Notes: a model not told the origin generated them from the letters alone. A stretch of DNA of 64,000 nucleotides from Acutalibacteraceae bacterium (GCA_045544175.1 JAZPYL010000064.1:57332-121331), one strand, 5' to 3'. Counted from the stretch's first letter, positions 31,187 through 40,160 are shown. A program made the numbers and translations.

Positions 31187-32563
31187 GTGACAGAATTGGC
31201 GACACCGGGTGTTTATCTTGTAGGTATTTCCGACTGTGATGAGAAGATTTGCGCTGCAAGCGGAAGAATTTCCACTCAGAACGGTACAGCGATGGAAATT
31301 TATGAAAAATCTCAGGACAGGGAAAAAAATGAAAAATTAATCGGTAAGGTTACAAAATCAGGCCACACATCGACAACAGAGCACGTTTTTTTCAATCTTG
31401 CTTTTGAAGATGTTTCAGTTGTTGTTGAGCAGTTTATGATTGAATTCAGACTTGCATCATTTACCGTTAAATCAAGACGTTATGTTGATTTCAGTTCTTC
31501 AGGCTACTATATGCCTGAATTCAGAAGCGAAGAGGATAAAGCTCAATTTACCGAAACTGTTGAAGAACTGTTTGATTCATATATAAAGCTTACTGAAAAA
31601 GGCATCCCGAAAGAAGATGCCCGATTTGTTCTGCCCTACTGCTTTTACAGCAATTTCTTCTGTTCTCTTAACGGCAGAGAGTTAGTTAATGTTCTTAGTG
31701 CCATGCTTTACGGAAGAGGTAAAAACATCAAAGAAATTTATAATTTAGGCCTTTCTCTTCTTAAGCAGTGCAGAGAAAAAACACCGGGTATATTCACTGA
31801 TTTCGAATTAAAAGCTGCAAGATACAGCGATGATATCAACCTTGATTTTGAGGTTGAAGAAGACCATAGCAATGATGAAATCTGTGAAATTCTTTCATAT
31901 ACCATTGACGGCGAAAAGAACATCGCACGAACAGCACTTATCGAAAAATATAATTATTCAGCATCTGCAGTTGAAAAAATAATCAGCAATGACGATAACG
32001 TTAAGAAGATCCTCGCATCTGTTGTTAAATCATCAAGACCGCGTGCTCTTGAAAGCTTCAACTGCACAGTAAGATTTAACAAGGTTTCCCTTGCCTGTCT
32101 TACACATTTTGCAAGGCACAGAATGCAGGGCATCTGTATACCGAAGCTTGTTGTCGCAGACAGATACAGTTATGTAACACCTGAAACAGTCAAAGCTGAT
32201 GCTGAAGCCTTTGAAATTTATAACAACTGTTTTGAAAGCATGAAAGCTCTTTATGAGTCCTTCAAAAGTAAAGGTTATAATGAAGATCCTATGGTTTACT
32301 GCGTTCTCAGCGGTAACACTGTTGATATTGTAACTACGATGAACGCAAGAGAGCTTCTTCTTTTCTCAAAACTCAGAAGCTGCACAAGAGCTCAGTGGGA
32401 AATTCAGGAATTTGCAGTTGATTGTCTTAAAAAGCTCCGCAAGATTGCACCCGACCTCTTCTCACACTACGGTCCGAGCTGTTATGCAACCGGTGTTTGT
32501 CCTGAAGGTCGAATGACCTGCGGAAGAGCGGCTGAAATTAAAGAAAAGTTCAGTTCCTTATAA
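31187..32563 (+). CDS. thyX: Double-length (tandem two-domain) FAD-dependent thymidylate synthase ThyX-like protein
   Basis: 458 aa. The N-half has SGHTSTTEH and S-x4-S-R-RY. The C-half has ARHR and RAQWEIQ. The track start is GTG at 31187. The in-frame TTG at 31196 is better spaced from RBS AAGGAAG. Confidence 0.7.
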   Translation: MTELATPGVYLVGISDCDEKICAASGRISTQNGTAMEIYEKSQDREKNEKLIGKVTKSGHTSTTEHVFFNLAFEDVSVVVEQFMIEFRLASFTVKSRRYVDFSSSGYYMPEFRSEEDKAQFTETVEELFDSYIKLTEKGIPKEDARFVLPYCFYSNFFCSLNGRELVNVLSAMLYGRGKNIKEIYNLGLSLLKQCREKTPGIFTDFELKAARYSDDINLDFEVEEDHSNDEICEILSYTIDGEKNIARTALIEKYNYSASAVEKIISNDDNVKKILASVVKSSRPRALESFNCTVRFNKVSLACLTHFARHRMQGICIPKLVVADRYSYVTPETVKADAEAFEIYNNCFESMKALYESFKSKGYNEDPMVYCVLSGNTVDIVTTMNARELLLFSKLRSCTRAQWEIQEFAVDCLKKLRKIAPDLFSHYGPSCYATGVCPEGRMTCGRAAEIKEKFSSL

Positions 32564-32570
32564 TGTTAAT

Positions 32571-32602
32571 GACTCGGCACTTGCAATGCCGAGTCTTTTT
32601 TT
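32571..32602 (+). terminator. Intrinsic terminator after the thyX-like gene
   Basis: GACTCGGCA/TGCCGAGTC stem followed by T7. Confidence 0.8.
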
Positions 32603-32613
32603 CTGTTTTAATT

Positions 32614-33108
32614 TTAGTTTGATGCAGCTGCAGCAGCCTGAGAAGCCAGTACACAGTCAATAGCAAGAACAACGGCAAGAGCAACTATTTCATCGCTTTC
32701 GTTTTCGATATCAAGCTCATAACTGTCGCCCCAGGTCATCCACTGTTTATTTATAGTAACTATTCTTCTGCCGTTTTTATTTATACAGTAATTATGGGCA
32801 AAAAAGTCACCGTCAATCTCCCATCCGAGCCCTTCAATGGTGTACTTCTGTCTGAAAAATGTAAATTGCTTTACTATTTCAGCAACCTGACTGCCGCCGA
32901 TATACACAAAATACTTAGGCAAAAAGGTGAATACTTTCTGAGCTATAAAAGCAACTTCGTTTCCCCTTATATCATAAATATGAAGCTTTTTTCCGAATGA
33001 AATCAGTTCACCTTCAACATTATATCTTTCGTTTCCCTGAGCATCAAATACTTTGAATCTATCCTTCCATGAAAACACTCTTTGTTTAATATACAGTTTC
33101 ATTTTCAT
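32614..33108 (-). CDS. LURP-one-related / YxjI (tubby C-terminal-like) family protein
   Basis: 164 aa, MKLYIKQRVFSWKDRFKVFDAQGNERYNVEGE... is the typical family N-terminus. Confidence 0.7.
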   Translation of the reverse strand: MKMKLYIKQRVFSWKDRFKVFDAQGNERYNVEGELISFGKKLHIYDIRGNEVAFIAQKVFTFLPKYFVYIGGSQVAEIVKQFTFFRQKYTIEGLGWEIDGDFFAHNYCINKNGRRIVTINKQWMTWGDSYELDIENESDEIVALAVVLAIDCVLASQAAAAASN

Positions 33109-33151
33109 TCCTCCTTTTTGGACAATATTGTAACATCACTCTTAGCAGATG

Positions 33152-33742
33152 TCAATAAATAATAGGTTCTATCTGCTTCCCCTCTAAAGCATAAAGACCT
33201 GCTTCAAGAACCTTTTCAAAGTCGCACACTATGGAAAACGGCTTACTTTCAGGAGCATCTTGTCTCATAGGAATAAAATAATAATTTTTATAATTTAAAA
33301 GCGCACCGATATTTTTTGCTGAAGCACTGAGCGCATCATTAGTGGAAACTCCTATCAAAACAGGTCTTTGATTTCTCAAATGCGACTTGGCGGCAAGTGT
33401 AACAGGGGTATCGTAGATCCCTTGCGCAAGCTTTGCAAGTGTGTTTCCTGTGCAAGGAAGTATTACCAGCAAATCAATCATTTTTTTAGGTCCTATAGGC
33501 TCTGCATCTTCAATGGTTTTTATGACTTTGTTCCCCGTAATTCTTTCAATTTTCTCAATAAAATGTGCCGCTTTACCGAATCTTGTATCAATACTTGATG
33601 CGTTAAAAGACATAATCGGTAAGACATTGATCCCTTCCGAAATCAGATAATCTATCTGTTCGATGGTTCTTTCAAAGGTACAGAAAGAACCTGTTAGTGC
33701 ATAACCAAAAGTTAAGTTTTCCATTAATCTCCCCCTTTTCAT
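33152..33742 (-). CDS. dpaB: Dipicolinate synthase subunit B (flavoprotein)
   Basis: 196 aa, GYALTGSFCTF flavoprotein motif. Overlaps the dpaA stop. Confidence 0.85.
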   Translation of the reverse strand: MKRGRLMENLTFGYALTGSFCTFERTIEQIDYLISEGINVLPIMSFNASSIDTRFGKAAHFIEKIERITGNKVIKTIEDAEPIGPKKMIDLLVILPCTGNTLAKLAQGIYDTPVTLAAKSHLRNQRPVLIGVSTNDALSASAKNIGALLNYKNYYFIPMRQDAPESKPFSIVCDFEKVLEAGLYALEGKQIEPIIY

Positions 33743-34563
33743 TCTTTCATATATTGAAGTACTATTTCTGCAATTTTCTCAGCAGCGGAAAGCGGTAAAT
33801 ATTTACCGGGCAAGGCTGCCCCGCTAATATAATCCTCATATTTCCCGTAAAATTCTTCTCTGCTTACTCCGAACGGCGCTGAAGCGAGCTCAAAATATTT
33901 ACCTTTGAAACGCCTTATATCGCCCTTGGAAAAGATTTCAGCGGGTACAGTATTAAATATATAGCTGAAGAGAAATATTAAATTTCCAATACTACATATA
34001 TCAACCGTTTTATATCCCCTGCACTCTGCCTCCTGAAGCTGAACTGCATTTCTTGCTGCGATGTAAACATCTGCACCGTTGCTCATCAATATTTCCGCTA
34101 CTGCTTTAGCTACCCTGCCGTAACCGGTTATTAGAGTCTTTTTTCCTACTAACAATTCATCTGTATTTTCTAAAAGCAATCTCAGGGCTCCCTGAGCAGT
34201 CAGGTACGCATTATATATTACTAAAGCTTCTTCTGAAAAATAATCATAATAAGATATTTCCCTTTCACGAAGAAACGCACCAAGCGTTTTATCTATTGAA
34301 CCTGCAAATAAAGTCTGATTATTATTCATTTTACTGATAACATCTTTGATTTTTACAGAAAAGCTTTCGTTGTCGGAGTAGATATGCTCTTTATCTTTGC
34401 TGAGCGGAACCGGCAACAGCACTGCATCAAAGCTTTCAATCTGTTCTAAAATATCAGCTTCTTCCTCAGCGTTCACATGTTCACATATATATCCTTTTCT
34501 TATAAAAATATCTTTCAGATAAGACTGTCTTTTATCTCCGCCGACAATAATTATGCTTTCCAT
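33739..34563 (-). CDS. dpaA: Dipicolinate synthase subunit A
   Basis: 274 aa, NAD-binding ITGYGRVAKAVA. Paired with dpaB. Confidence 0.8.
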   Translation of the reverse strand: MESIIIVGGDKRQSYLKDIFIRKGYICEHVNAEEEADILEQIESFDAVLLPVPLSKDKEHIYSDNESFSVKIKDVISKMNNNQTLFAGSIDKTLGAFLREREISYYDYFSEEALVIYNAYLTAQGALRLLLENTDELLVGKKTLITGYGRVAKAVAEILMSNGADVYIAARNAVQLQEAECRGYKTVDICSIGNLIFLFSYIFNTVPAEIFSKGDIRRFKGKYFELASAPFGVSREEFYGKYEDYISGAALPGKYLPLSAAEKIAEIVLQYMKE

Positions 34564-34597
34564 ATGGGCCTCCGAAAGAAAAATCTTTTTTACAATA

Positions 34598-34624
34598 TAT
34601 CTTATGCAATAAAAATTTTAATGT
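34598..34624 (-). promoter_or_regulatory. Sigma-K-like promoter upstream of dpaA
   Basis: Minus strand reads AC-16 nt-CATAagaTA, against the sigma-K pattern AC/CATA---TA. Weak, short motif. Confidence 0.3.
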
Positions 34625-34641
34625 TAATTTCAAAGAAAGTG

Positions 34642-34670
34642 TTTACTATTTTTCTCCGATGCAATATAAT
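34642..34670 (+). promoter_or_regulatory. Sigma-A type promoter of murC
   Basis: TTTACT (34642-34647), 17 nt, TATAAT (34665-34670). Confidence 0.5.
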
Positions 34671-34703
34671 AGAGTGGAAATATACTTGTTTGAGGTGTAT
34701 AAA

Positions 34704-36074
34704 ATGTACGAAATAGATAAACTGTTGGATGAAGTCAAAAAAATACACTTTATAGGAATCGGCGGCTCGGGTATGTGCCCTATCGCTGAGATTCTTCACG
34801 CCTGGGGCTATACTATTACAGGTTCAGACAATAATACAGGCGACAATATTATCAAGCTTCGCTCAATGGGCATTGATGTTGTTCTCGGTCAGAAGGCAGA
34901 AAATATCGAAGGTGCAGAAATGATTATCTATACTGCAGCTATTCTTCAGGATAACCCTGAGCTTGTTGCCGCAAAGGCAAGCGGTATCCCTTGCTTTGAG
35001 AGAAGTAAAATCTTCGGTGCAATTACAAGAAAATACAACAACTGCATAAGCGTATGCGGTACTCACGGTAAAACTACGGTTACTGCAATGCTGACTCAGA
35101 TTCTCGTTATGGCTGAAAAAGACCCGTCAGCGCTTATCGGCGGCAGACTCCCCCTTATTGACAGTCATGCACGAGTCAGTAAAAATGAAACCTTTGTCTG
35201 CGAGGCCTGTGAATACTGTGACCACTACCATGACCTTTCGCCCGATGTAGCTGTAATTCTCAATGTAGACGAGGACCACCTTGAATATTTCAAGAATCTT
35301 GAAAATATAATCAAATCCTTTGAAAAATTTGCTACACTTACCTCAGATACTCTTATTTATAACAACAGTGATCCCGAAACAGTAAAGTCTGTTGCAAAGG
35401 TCGACAGAAAGAAAATAACATTCGGCAGGGATTCCGACAGCGATTACTATCCTGCCAATATTAAATATAACAGAGGCTCTTTTGCTGAATTTGATGTTAT
35501 GAGCAAGGGCAAAAAAATTGCTCACCTTGTACTTAATATACCCGGCGAACATAATATACTCAATTCTCTGGCTGCTTTTGCTGCCGCAATTAACGCAGGC
35601 TGCACACCGGAAGAATGTGAAAAAGGTATTGCAGCTTTCTCAGGTGCAGGCAGACGCTTTGAAATTTTAGGTGAAATCGACGGAATCACAATCGCTGATG
35701 ATTATGCACATCATCCCAACGAGCTTCGTGTCACTCTTGAAGCGGTTATGAAAATGGGCTATAACACCGTATGGGCAGTATTCCAGCCCTTCACTTATTC
35801 AAGAACCTCTATCCTCTTTGATGATTTTGTTAAGGTTCTTCAGATTCCCGATAAGTGCGTTATGACTGAGATTATGGGTTCAAGAGAAGTTAATACAATC
35901 GGCATTTATACAAAAGACCTTGCCGATAAAATTCCCGGCAGTGTATGGTTCAATACCTTTGAAGAGATTTGCGATTATGTACTTGATAACGCAAAATCAG
36001 GTGACATTATAATCACTCTCGGTTGTGGTGATATTTACAAAGCAGCACAGATGATGGTCAAAAGACTAAAATAA
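34704..36074 (+). CDS. murC: UDP-N-acetylmuramate--L-alanine ligase
   Basis: IHFIGIGGSGMCPIAEIL and GTHGKTT motifs. Start moved to ATG 34704 (MYEIDKL), 7 nt after TGAGGTG. The track start at 34659 lies inside the promoter. Confidence 0.92.
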   Translation: MYEIDKLLDEVKKIHFIGIGGSGMCPIAEILHAWGYTITGSDNNTGDNIIKLRSMGIDVVLGQKAENIEGAEMIIYTAAILQDNPELVAAKASGIPCFERSKIFGAITRKYNNCISVCGTHGKTTVTAMLTQILVMAEKDPSALIGGRLPLIDSHARVSKNETFVCEACEYCDHYHDLSPDVAVILNVDEDHLEYFKNLENIIKSFEKFATLTSDTLIYNNSDPETVKSVAKVDRKKITFGRDSDSDYYPANIKYNRGSFAEFDVMSKGKKIAHLVLNIPGEHNILNSLAAFAAAINAGCTPEECEKGIAAFSGAGRRFEILGEIDGITIADDYAHHPNELRVTLEAVMKMGYNTVWAVFQPFTYSRTSILFDDFVKVLQIPDKCVMTEIMGSREVNTIGIYTKDLADKIPGSVWFNTFEEICDYVLDNAKSGDIIITLGCGDIYKAAQMMVKRLK

Positions 36075-36193
36075 CATATTTTTCCTTTTATATTATTTGC
36101 ATCTCCACACATAATATTTTCAGCGGATAAGTCGAAGCGTTTGTGACTTCTCCGTCGGTTGTGCGGAGAAGCTCCGGCGCAATCATAGATTTG

Positions 36194-36233
36194 CCTCTTT
36201 GTCTCAACAGAGATGAAGAGGTTTTATTTTTTT
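36194..36233 (+). terminator. Intrinsic terminator after murC
   Basis: 12-bp stem (36194-36205 / 36210-36221, two G-U pairs), loop AACA, then TTTTATTTTTTT. Confidence 0.75.
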
Positions 36234-36244
36234 CTGAAAACCTA

Positions 36245-36273
36245 TTGACATGCAACTGTATCACTTGTATAAT
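36245..36273 (+). promoter_or_regulatory. Sigma-A type promoter of the gntR-ABC operon
   Basis: TTGACA (36245-36250), 17-nt spacer, TATAAT (36268-36273). Confidence 0.7.
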
Positions 36274-36280
36274 ACAGTTG
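36253..36280. promoter_or_regulatory. Perfect 9-bp inverted repeat CAACTGTAT-N10-ATACAGTTG overlapping spacer and -10; candidate autoregulatory YtrA/GntR operator
   Basis: Arms at 36253-36261 and 36272-36280 are exact reverse complements. Confidence 0.55.
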
Positions 36281-36286
36281 TAAACC

Positions 36287-36304
36287 GTATTAATCGATTA
36301 ATAC
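36287..36304. promoter_or_regulatory. Perfect 18-bp palindrome GTATTAATCGATTAATAC just downstream of the -10; second candidate operator
   Basis: GTATTAATC/GATTAATAC are exact reverse complements. Lies in the 5' leader of gntR. Confidence 0.5.
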
Positions 36305-36357
36305 ACTTTTTAAGGAAAGGCGGTGTTCAATTCTTGGTTTCGTTTGATAGCTTTATT

Positions 36358-36711
36358 ATGACTGACGGGCCTATTTATCAGCAGATTGTTCTTTTCATCA
36401 AGCGGGAAATATCGGCGAACAAAATTATTAATGGCGATGAGCTTCCCTCAAGACGAGTTTTATCTTCACTTTTAGGTGTTAACCCCAACACTGTACAAAA
36501 GGCTTATAAAATACTTGAGGATGAAGGTCTTATTGAATCTCATACCGGATCAAAAAGCCTGATAGTAATATCCGATAAAAAAAGAGCTGACATTCGCTCG
36601 GAGCTTGCCGAATCAGAGGTCGCAGATTCCGTAAGAACACTAAAGCAAATGGGCATTTCTAAGAATGAGGCACTCAGCCTCATGAGTAAATTCTGGAATG
36701 AAGGTGATTAA
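36358..36711 (+). CDS. GntR-family transcriptional regulator, short YtrA subfamily
   Basis: 117 aa from MTDGPIYQQIV. wHTH LPSRRVLSSLLGVNPNTVQKAYKILEDEGLI, with a short two-helix C-terminus. The upstream part of track ORF 36250 overlaps the promoter. Confidence 0.85.
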   Translation: MTDGPIYQQIVLFIKREISANKIINGDELPSRRVLSSLLGVNPNTVQKAYKILEDEGLIESHTGSKSLIVISDKKRADIRSELAESEVADSVRTLKQMGISKNEALSLMSKFWNEGD

Positions 36712-37456
36712 TTTGAAAAAATATATATCAGTATTCTCTCTGTACATAAGAAGCAATATTTATAAGCTAATTAGCATTATTGTTCTTATGGCAGCAGCAC
36801 AGATTTTAATATTTAAAAATATACTAAGACCAGTTATGGTTGACGAGGTTGTCACACAAGCACTTTTAGGTATCGAAAATTATATCGACAGATCTAAGAT
36901 TATCCTTGTTTTCGGCGTTGCTTTTTTAACACTGACAGCATTTTTAACTATAACCGGCTGTGAATTCGGCTCAAAGCAAGGGTATACCTTAAGGCGACTG
37001 AGAATCAGTGAAAAAGAAATTTTGTTCTCTCAGGCTTTAGCGAACACCTTAATGTACACTGTTTTTCTTGTTTCCGAAATAATCATTGTATTTATATTAT
37101 GTCAGATATATGTTACTTTCGCAGTCGAAAACAATTTAGCTGACGTAACACATATAAACCATCAGACAATCTTCCTTGCCTTTTGCAGAAATGATTTTCT
37201 GCACGGTCTTTTACCCCTGGATGATATCATGAGACATTTAACAAATGCTTTATCAATAATCTCCCTGGGCTTCACAGGTGCCGTATTCCCCTACTTTTTA
37301 AGGAGAAGAAGGATTTCATTGGAAATGTTTATTTTAATTCCGTTTATCATCTTCAATTTTACAAATAATGAGCCTTATTTCGCTATTGCCGCCTGCCTTA
37401 TTTTCACAGGTCTTGCAATGGTAAGAATCGGAACGGAGGCGAAAGCTTATGATTAA
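36698..37456 (+). CDS. Polytopic membrane protein (ABC-2-type permease-like), unknown specificity
   Basis: About 6 hydrophobic segments. Overlaps the gntR stop. TTG at 36713 is an alternative start after AAGGTGA. Confidence 0.5.
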   Translation: MKVINLKKYISVFSLYIRSNIYKLISIIVLMAAAQILIFKNILRPVMVDEVVTQALLGIENYIDRSKIILVFGVAFLTLTAFLTITGCEFGSKQGYTLRRLRISEKEILFSQALANTLMYTVFLVSEIIIVFILCQIYVTFAVENNLADVTHINHQTIFLAFCRNDFLHGLLPLDDIMRHLTNALSIISLGFTGAVFPYFLRRRRISLEMFILIPFIIFNFTNNEPYFAIAACLIFTGLAMVRIGTEAKAYD

Positions 37457-37952
37457 GCACATAGAAAAATTATTACCCGTCGGAATACCGATAAAAAAAG
37501 AGCTGACAGGTATAATTATCGGAATTAGCTTTGCTATAATACGTTCACTGTCTTATTTCGGCTCATATTATAATTACTATAATCACCTGTTTGAGCATTA
37601 TAAAGATAAGAAGGCTCTTGTCGAGGGAAGAATCATGGCTGATTTTTACGTAGTAATAGATGGATGCTTTGAAGGCTTTCTCGTTGTAATATTTTTACTC
37701 ATTGCACTAATCGCTTTTCATTACGCATTTCACTATATTGACAGTAAAAGCATTTACACAATGAAGCGACTGCCACGAAAAAGTGAGCTTCATATAAGAT
37801 GTCTTACTGTACCGATTATCAGTATTCTGACTTGCATAATTCTCCCCGCGATACTGCTACTCGTATATTTTAAGCACTATATGACAGCAACACCACCCGA
37901 ATGTCTTGTAGAAGGACAGTGGGAAATTCTTATTACAAATCTATTCTTATAA
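37449..37952 (+). CDS. Small integral membrane protein, unknown function
   Basis: 167 aa, three hydrophobic segments. 8-nt overlap with the preceding ORF suggests translational coupling. Confidence 0.45.
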   Translation: MIKHIEKLLPVGIPIKKELTGIIIGISFAIIRSLSYFGSYYNYYNHLFEHYKDKKALVEGRIMADFYVVIDGCFEGFLVVIFLLIALIAFHYAFHYIDSKSIYTMKRLPRKSELHIRCLTVPIISILTCIILPAILLLVYFKHYMTATPPECLVEGQWEILITNLFL

Positions 37953-37982
37953 TTCTAATAAAACATACAGGAGGAGCTATAT

Positions 37983-38717
37983 ATGATTGAAATAAAAGAT
38001 TTAACAAAAACTTATTCAGGCAAAACAGCCCTTGATAATATAAACCTTACTATCCCCCGTGGAGAAATAATCGGTCTTTTCGGCGAAAACGGTGCAGGTA
38101 AAACCACACTTATGAAATCGATTTTAGGCTTTATATCATACAAAGGTGAAATTACCCTTGACGGAGAAAAAATCACTAAGAAAAATATTGCAAAAATCTC
38201 TTTCGCTACAAGTGAGCACTCATTTTTTCCGAATTTAACTGCAAACGGACACAGAGATTTTTATAAAGAACACTTCCCAGATTTCTCCGAAAGGCGCTTT
38301 GATTCGCTTATGAACTTTTTTGAGCTCAGTAAAAATAAGCCCATACGAAGCTTTTCTACAGGTCAGAAAAATCAGTTTGAGGTTATTCTGGCTTTATCGC
38401 AGGGCGCCGATTTCATTCTTATGGATGAGCCGTTTGCCGGAAATGATGTTTTCAACCGTGAAGATTTCTATAAGGTTCTGTTAGGTATACTTGAACCCAA
38501 TGAAACCGTTCTTCTTTCAACTCACCTTATTGAAGAAGTATCTGACTTTATCGGCAGAGCAATTCTCATTCATAAAGGACAGATAATCGGCGATAAAACC
38601 ACCCTTGAAATTGAAGAAGAAGGCAGTAATTTAATAAGCTTTATAAAAGAAACCTACAATTATCGCAATGACAGAGTAAGCAAAGCACTTGATGAGCTGA
38701 CAGGCAGAGAGGAGTGA
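37983..38717 (+). CDS. ABC transporter ATP-binding protein
   Basis: 244 aa. Walker A GENGAGKTT, signature FSTGQKNQ, Walker B FILMDEP. RBS AGGAGG upstream. Confidence 0.88.
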   Translation: MIEIKDLTKTYSGKTALDNINLTIPRGEIIGLFGENGAGKTTLMKSILGFISYKGEITLDGEKITKKNIAKISFATSEHSFFPNLTANGHRDFYKEHFPDFSERRFDSLMNFFELSKNKPIRSFSTGQKNQFEVILALSQGADFILMDEPFAGNDVFNREDFYKVLLGILEPNETVLLSTHLIEEVSDFIGRAILIHKGQIIGDKTTLEIEEEGSNLISFIKETYNYRNDRVSKALDELTGREE

Positions 38718-38721
38718 TATT

Positions 38722-40119
38722 ATGCGTAAAGCACTGGCTCTTTTTACGACTATTCTTATTGCTACACTCGGCATTTATACCGCCATATTTGTTCAGATAA
38801 ACAATGAAAAGGACAATGTTGTTGTGACAGAAAACGTTGTTTTCGGTGACAAAAGCTATGCTGATGGTATTACTGTAAGTGCAGACTCCAAGCATGGCAA
38901 CAGATTACTTTGGGAAACCGATTACACTATCGGAGAAGCACCCGTTACAAAGACAGATTTTACATATCATCATTTCGGGTTCAGATATGAAGACACTGAA
39001 ATCAGAAGAAATATGAGCATATACACATCTTTTCATTTTTCAACTTCTGCAGGAGATTATAATGAAATTTACAAGAACACAAAGAAAGCTTTTGAAGAAA
39101 TGATGAAAGATGCTGAGCCGTATGTTCAGCAGGAAAAAACCATACTTTTAAGTGATTATTATGACTACTATCCTTTAGTTGTAGATATCGACTTTCCGAA
39201 CTTTTATATAAGTGATTATTTCTTTAGAGATAATATCACAGAATATAAGCTTTCTGTTATAAACAAGTTTAATGAATTTTTCAGAATACCTGTTATTGAA
39301 GGTCATAAGCTTTCTATAAACGGCATAGCCGACGATGAAGGCAATCTCACCCAATGGGGCACTTCTTTTACCGAAGAATCTGCCGACAACTTCGATATGT
39401 ATATTGAGGATAGTATTACCGATGAAAACTGTTTCTTATCCTTCAGCAATAAAACAATGAACGGCAAAATGGTTGACATAAGTAATATTCCAGGCGGTTA
39501 CGGTGTTTATTGTCTCCCCTACACAGAAACAGAAAACAGTGTTAATTTTGACTTTGACAATATGAAGAACATTTACCCCGTTAACGAAGAAGCTGAAATA
39601 TATGAAATCCGTCTGTCTGACGATAACAGGCATCTTTACATTATGACCAGAGAAGACGGAAAATGTGTTCTGACGGTTATAGACGCAAAGACTTTTAAGA
39701 AGTTGCAGTCAATTGAAATCAGTAGCTTTATAAAGGGGTATTCCTACGTTTTTGAGATAAGAGACAATATGATTCTTTATAACACTTACGACGAAACTAA
39801 CGATAAGAATTATTATACACTTATCTCTATTGATGAAAACAAAATATTAAAAAACGAATTTACCGTTGAAGCCCTTTATACCGGTGAAATCGCAAAATGG
39901 GACGGTGAATTCCTTTATCTCGCAGATACGGAGTATTACGATGATACATATATATCTGATCCCTGTAGGTTCAATGTTACTGTGTATAACAAAGACGGAC
40001 TAAAATACCGAGGTTCATATGATCTGAGTCTTTCTACAGGATATGACGGAAACTGGAGCAGTATGTATTATGTAAATTTAGGATATGATTCAATAGATTT
40101 CACCCTTCCGACAAAGTGA
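38722..40119 (+). CDS. N-terminally membrane-anchored extracytoplasmic protein, no recognisable domain
   Basis: 465 aa. Signal-anchor LALFTTILIATLGIYTAIFV, then a Y/D/N-rich, beta-looking sequence. Last gene of the gntR-ABC operon, followed by a strong terminator. Confidence 0.5.
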   Translation: MRKALALFTTILIATLGIYTAIFVQINNEKDNVVVTENVVFGDKSYADGITVSADSKHGNRLLWETDYTIGEAPVTKTDFTYHHFGFRYEDTEIRRNMSIYTSFHFSTSAGDYNEIYKNTKKAFEEMMKDAEPYVQQEKTILLSDYYDYYPLVVDIDFPNFYISDYFFRDNITEYKLSVINKFNEFFRIPVIEGHKLSINGIADDEGNLTQWGTSFTEESADNFDMYIEDSITDENCFLSFSNKTMNGKMVDISNIPGGYGVYCLPYTETENSVNFDFDNMKNIYPVNEEAEIYEIRLSDDNRHLYIMTREDGKCVLTVIDAKTFKKLQSIEISSFIKGYSYVFEIRDNMILYNTYDETNDKNYYTLISIDENKILKNEFTVEALYTGEIAKWDGEFLYLADTEYYDDTYISDPCRFNVTVYNKDGLKYRGSYDLSLSTGYDGNWSSMYYVNLGYDSIDFTLPTK

Positions 40120-40120
40120 T

Positions 40121-40160
40121 AAAAAATCCTCCTGATTCTGCATCAGGAGGATTGCTTTTT
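40121..40160. terminator. Bidirectional terminator between the ABC operon and parC (convergent)
   Basis: 12-bp perfect stem AATCCTCCTGAT/ATCAGGAGGATT, flanked by an A-run upstream and a T-run downstream. Confidence 0.8.

Noticed and set aside
36120-36193. Possible attenuator or sRNA downstream of murC (CTTCTCCG..CGGAGAAG hairpin, with alternative CGGAG/CTCCG pairing)
   Set aside because: The stems are short and there is no associated downstream plus-strand leader function, since the gntR promoter lies after the murC terminator. Most simply it is part of the murC 3' UTR.
36250-36357. 5' extension of the GntR ORF (MQLYHLYNTVVNRINRLIHF...) and the 34659 start of murC
   Set aside because: Both extensions read through the -35/-10 elements and palindromic operators. 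Downstream ATGs give canonical protein N-termini.
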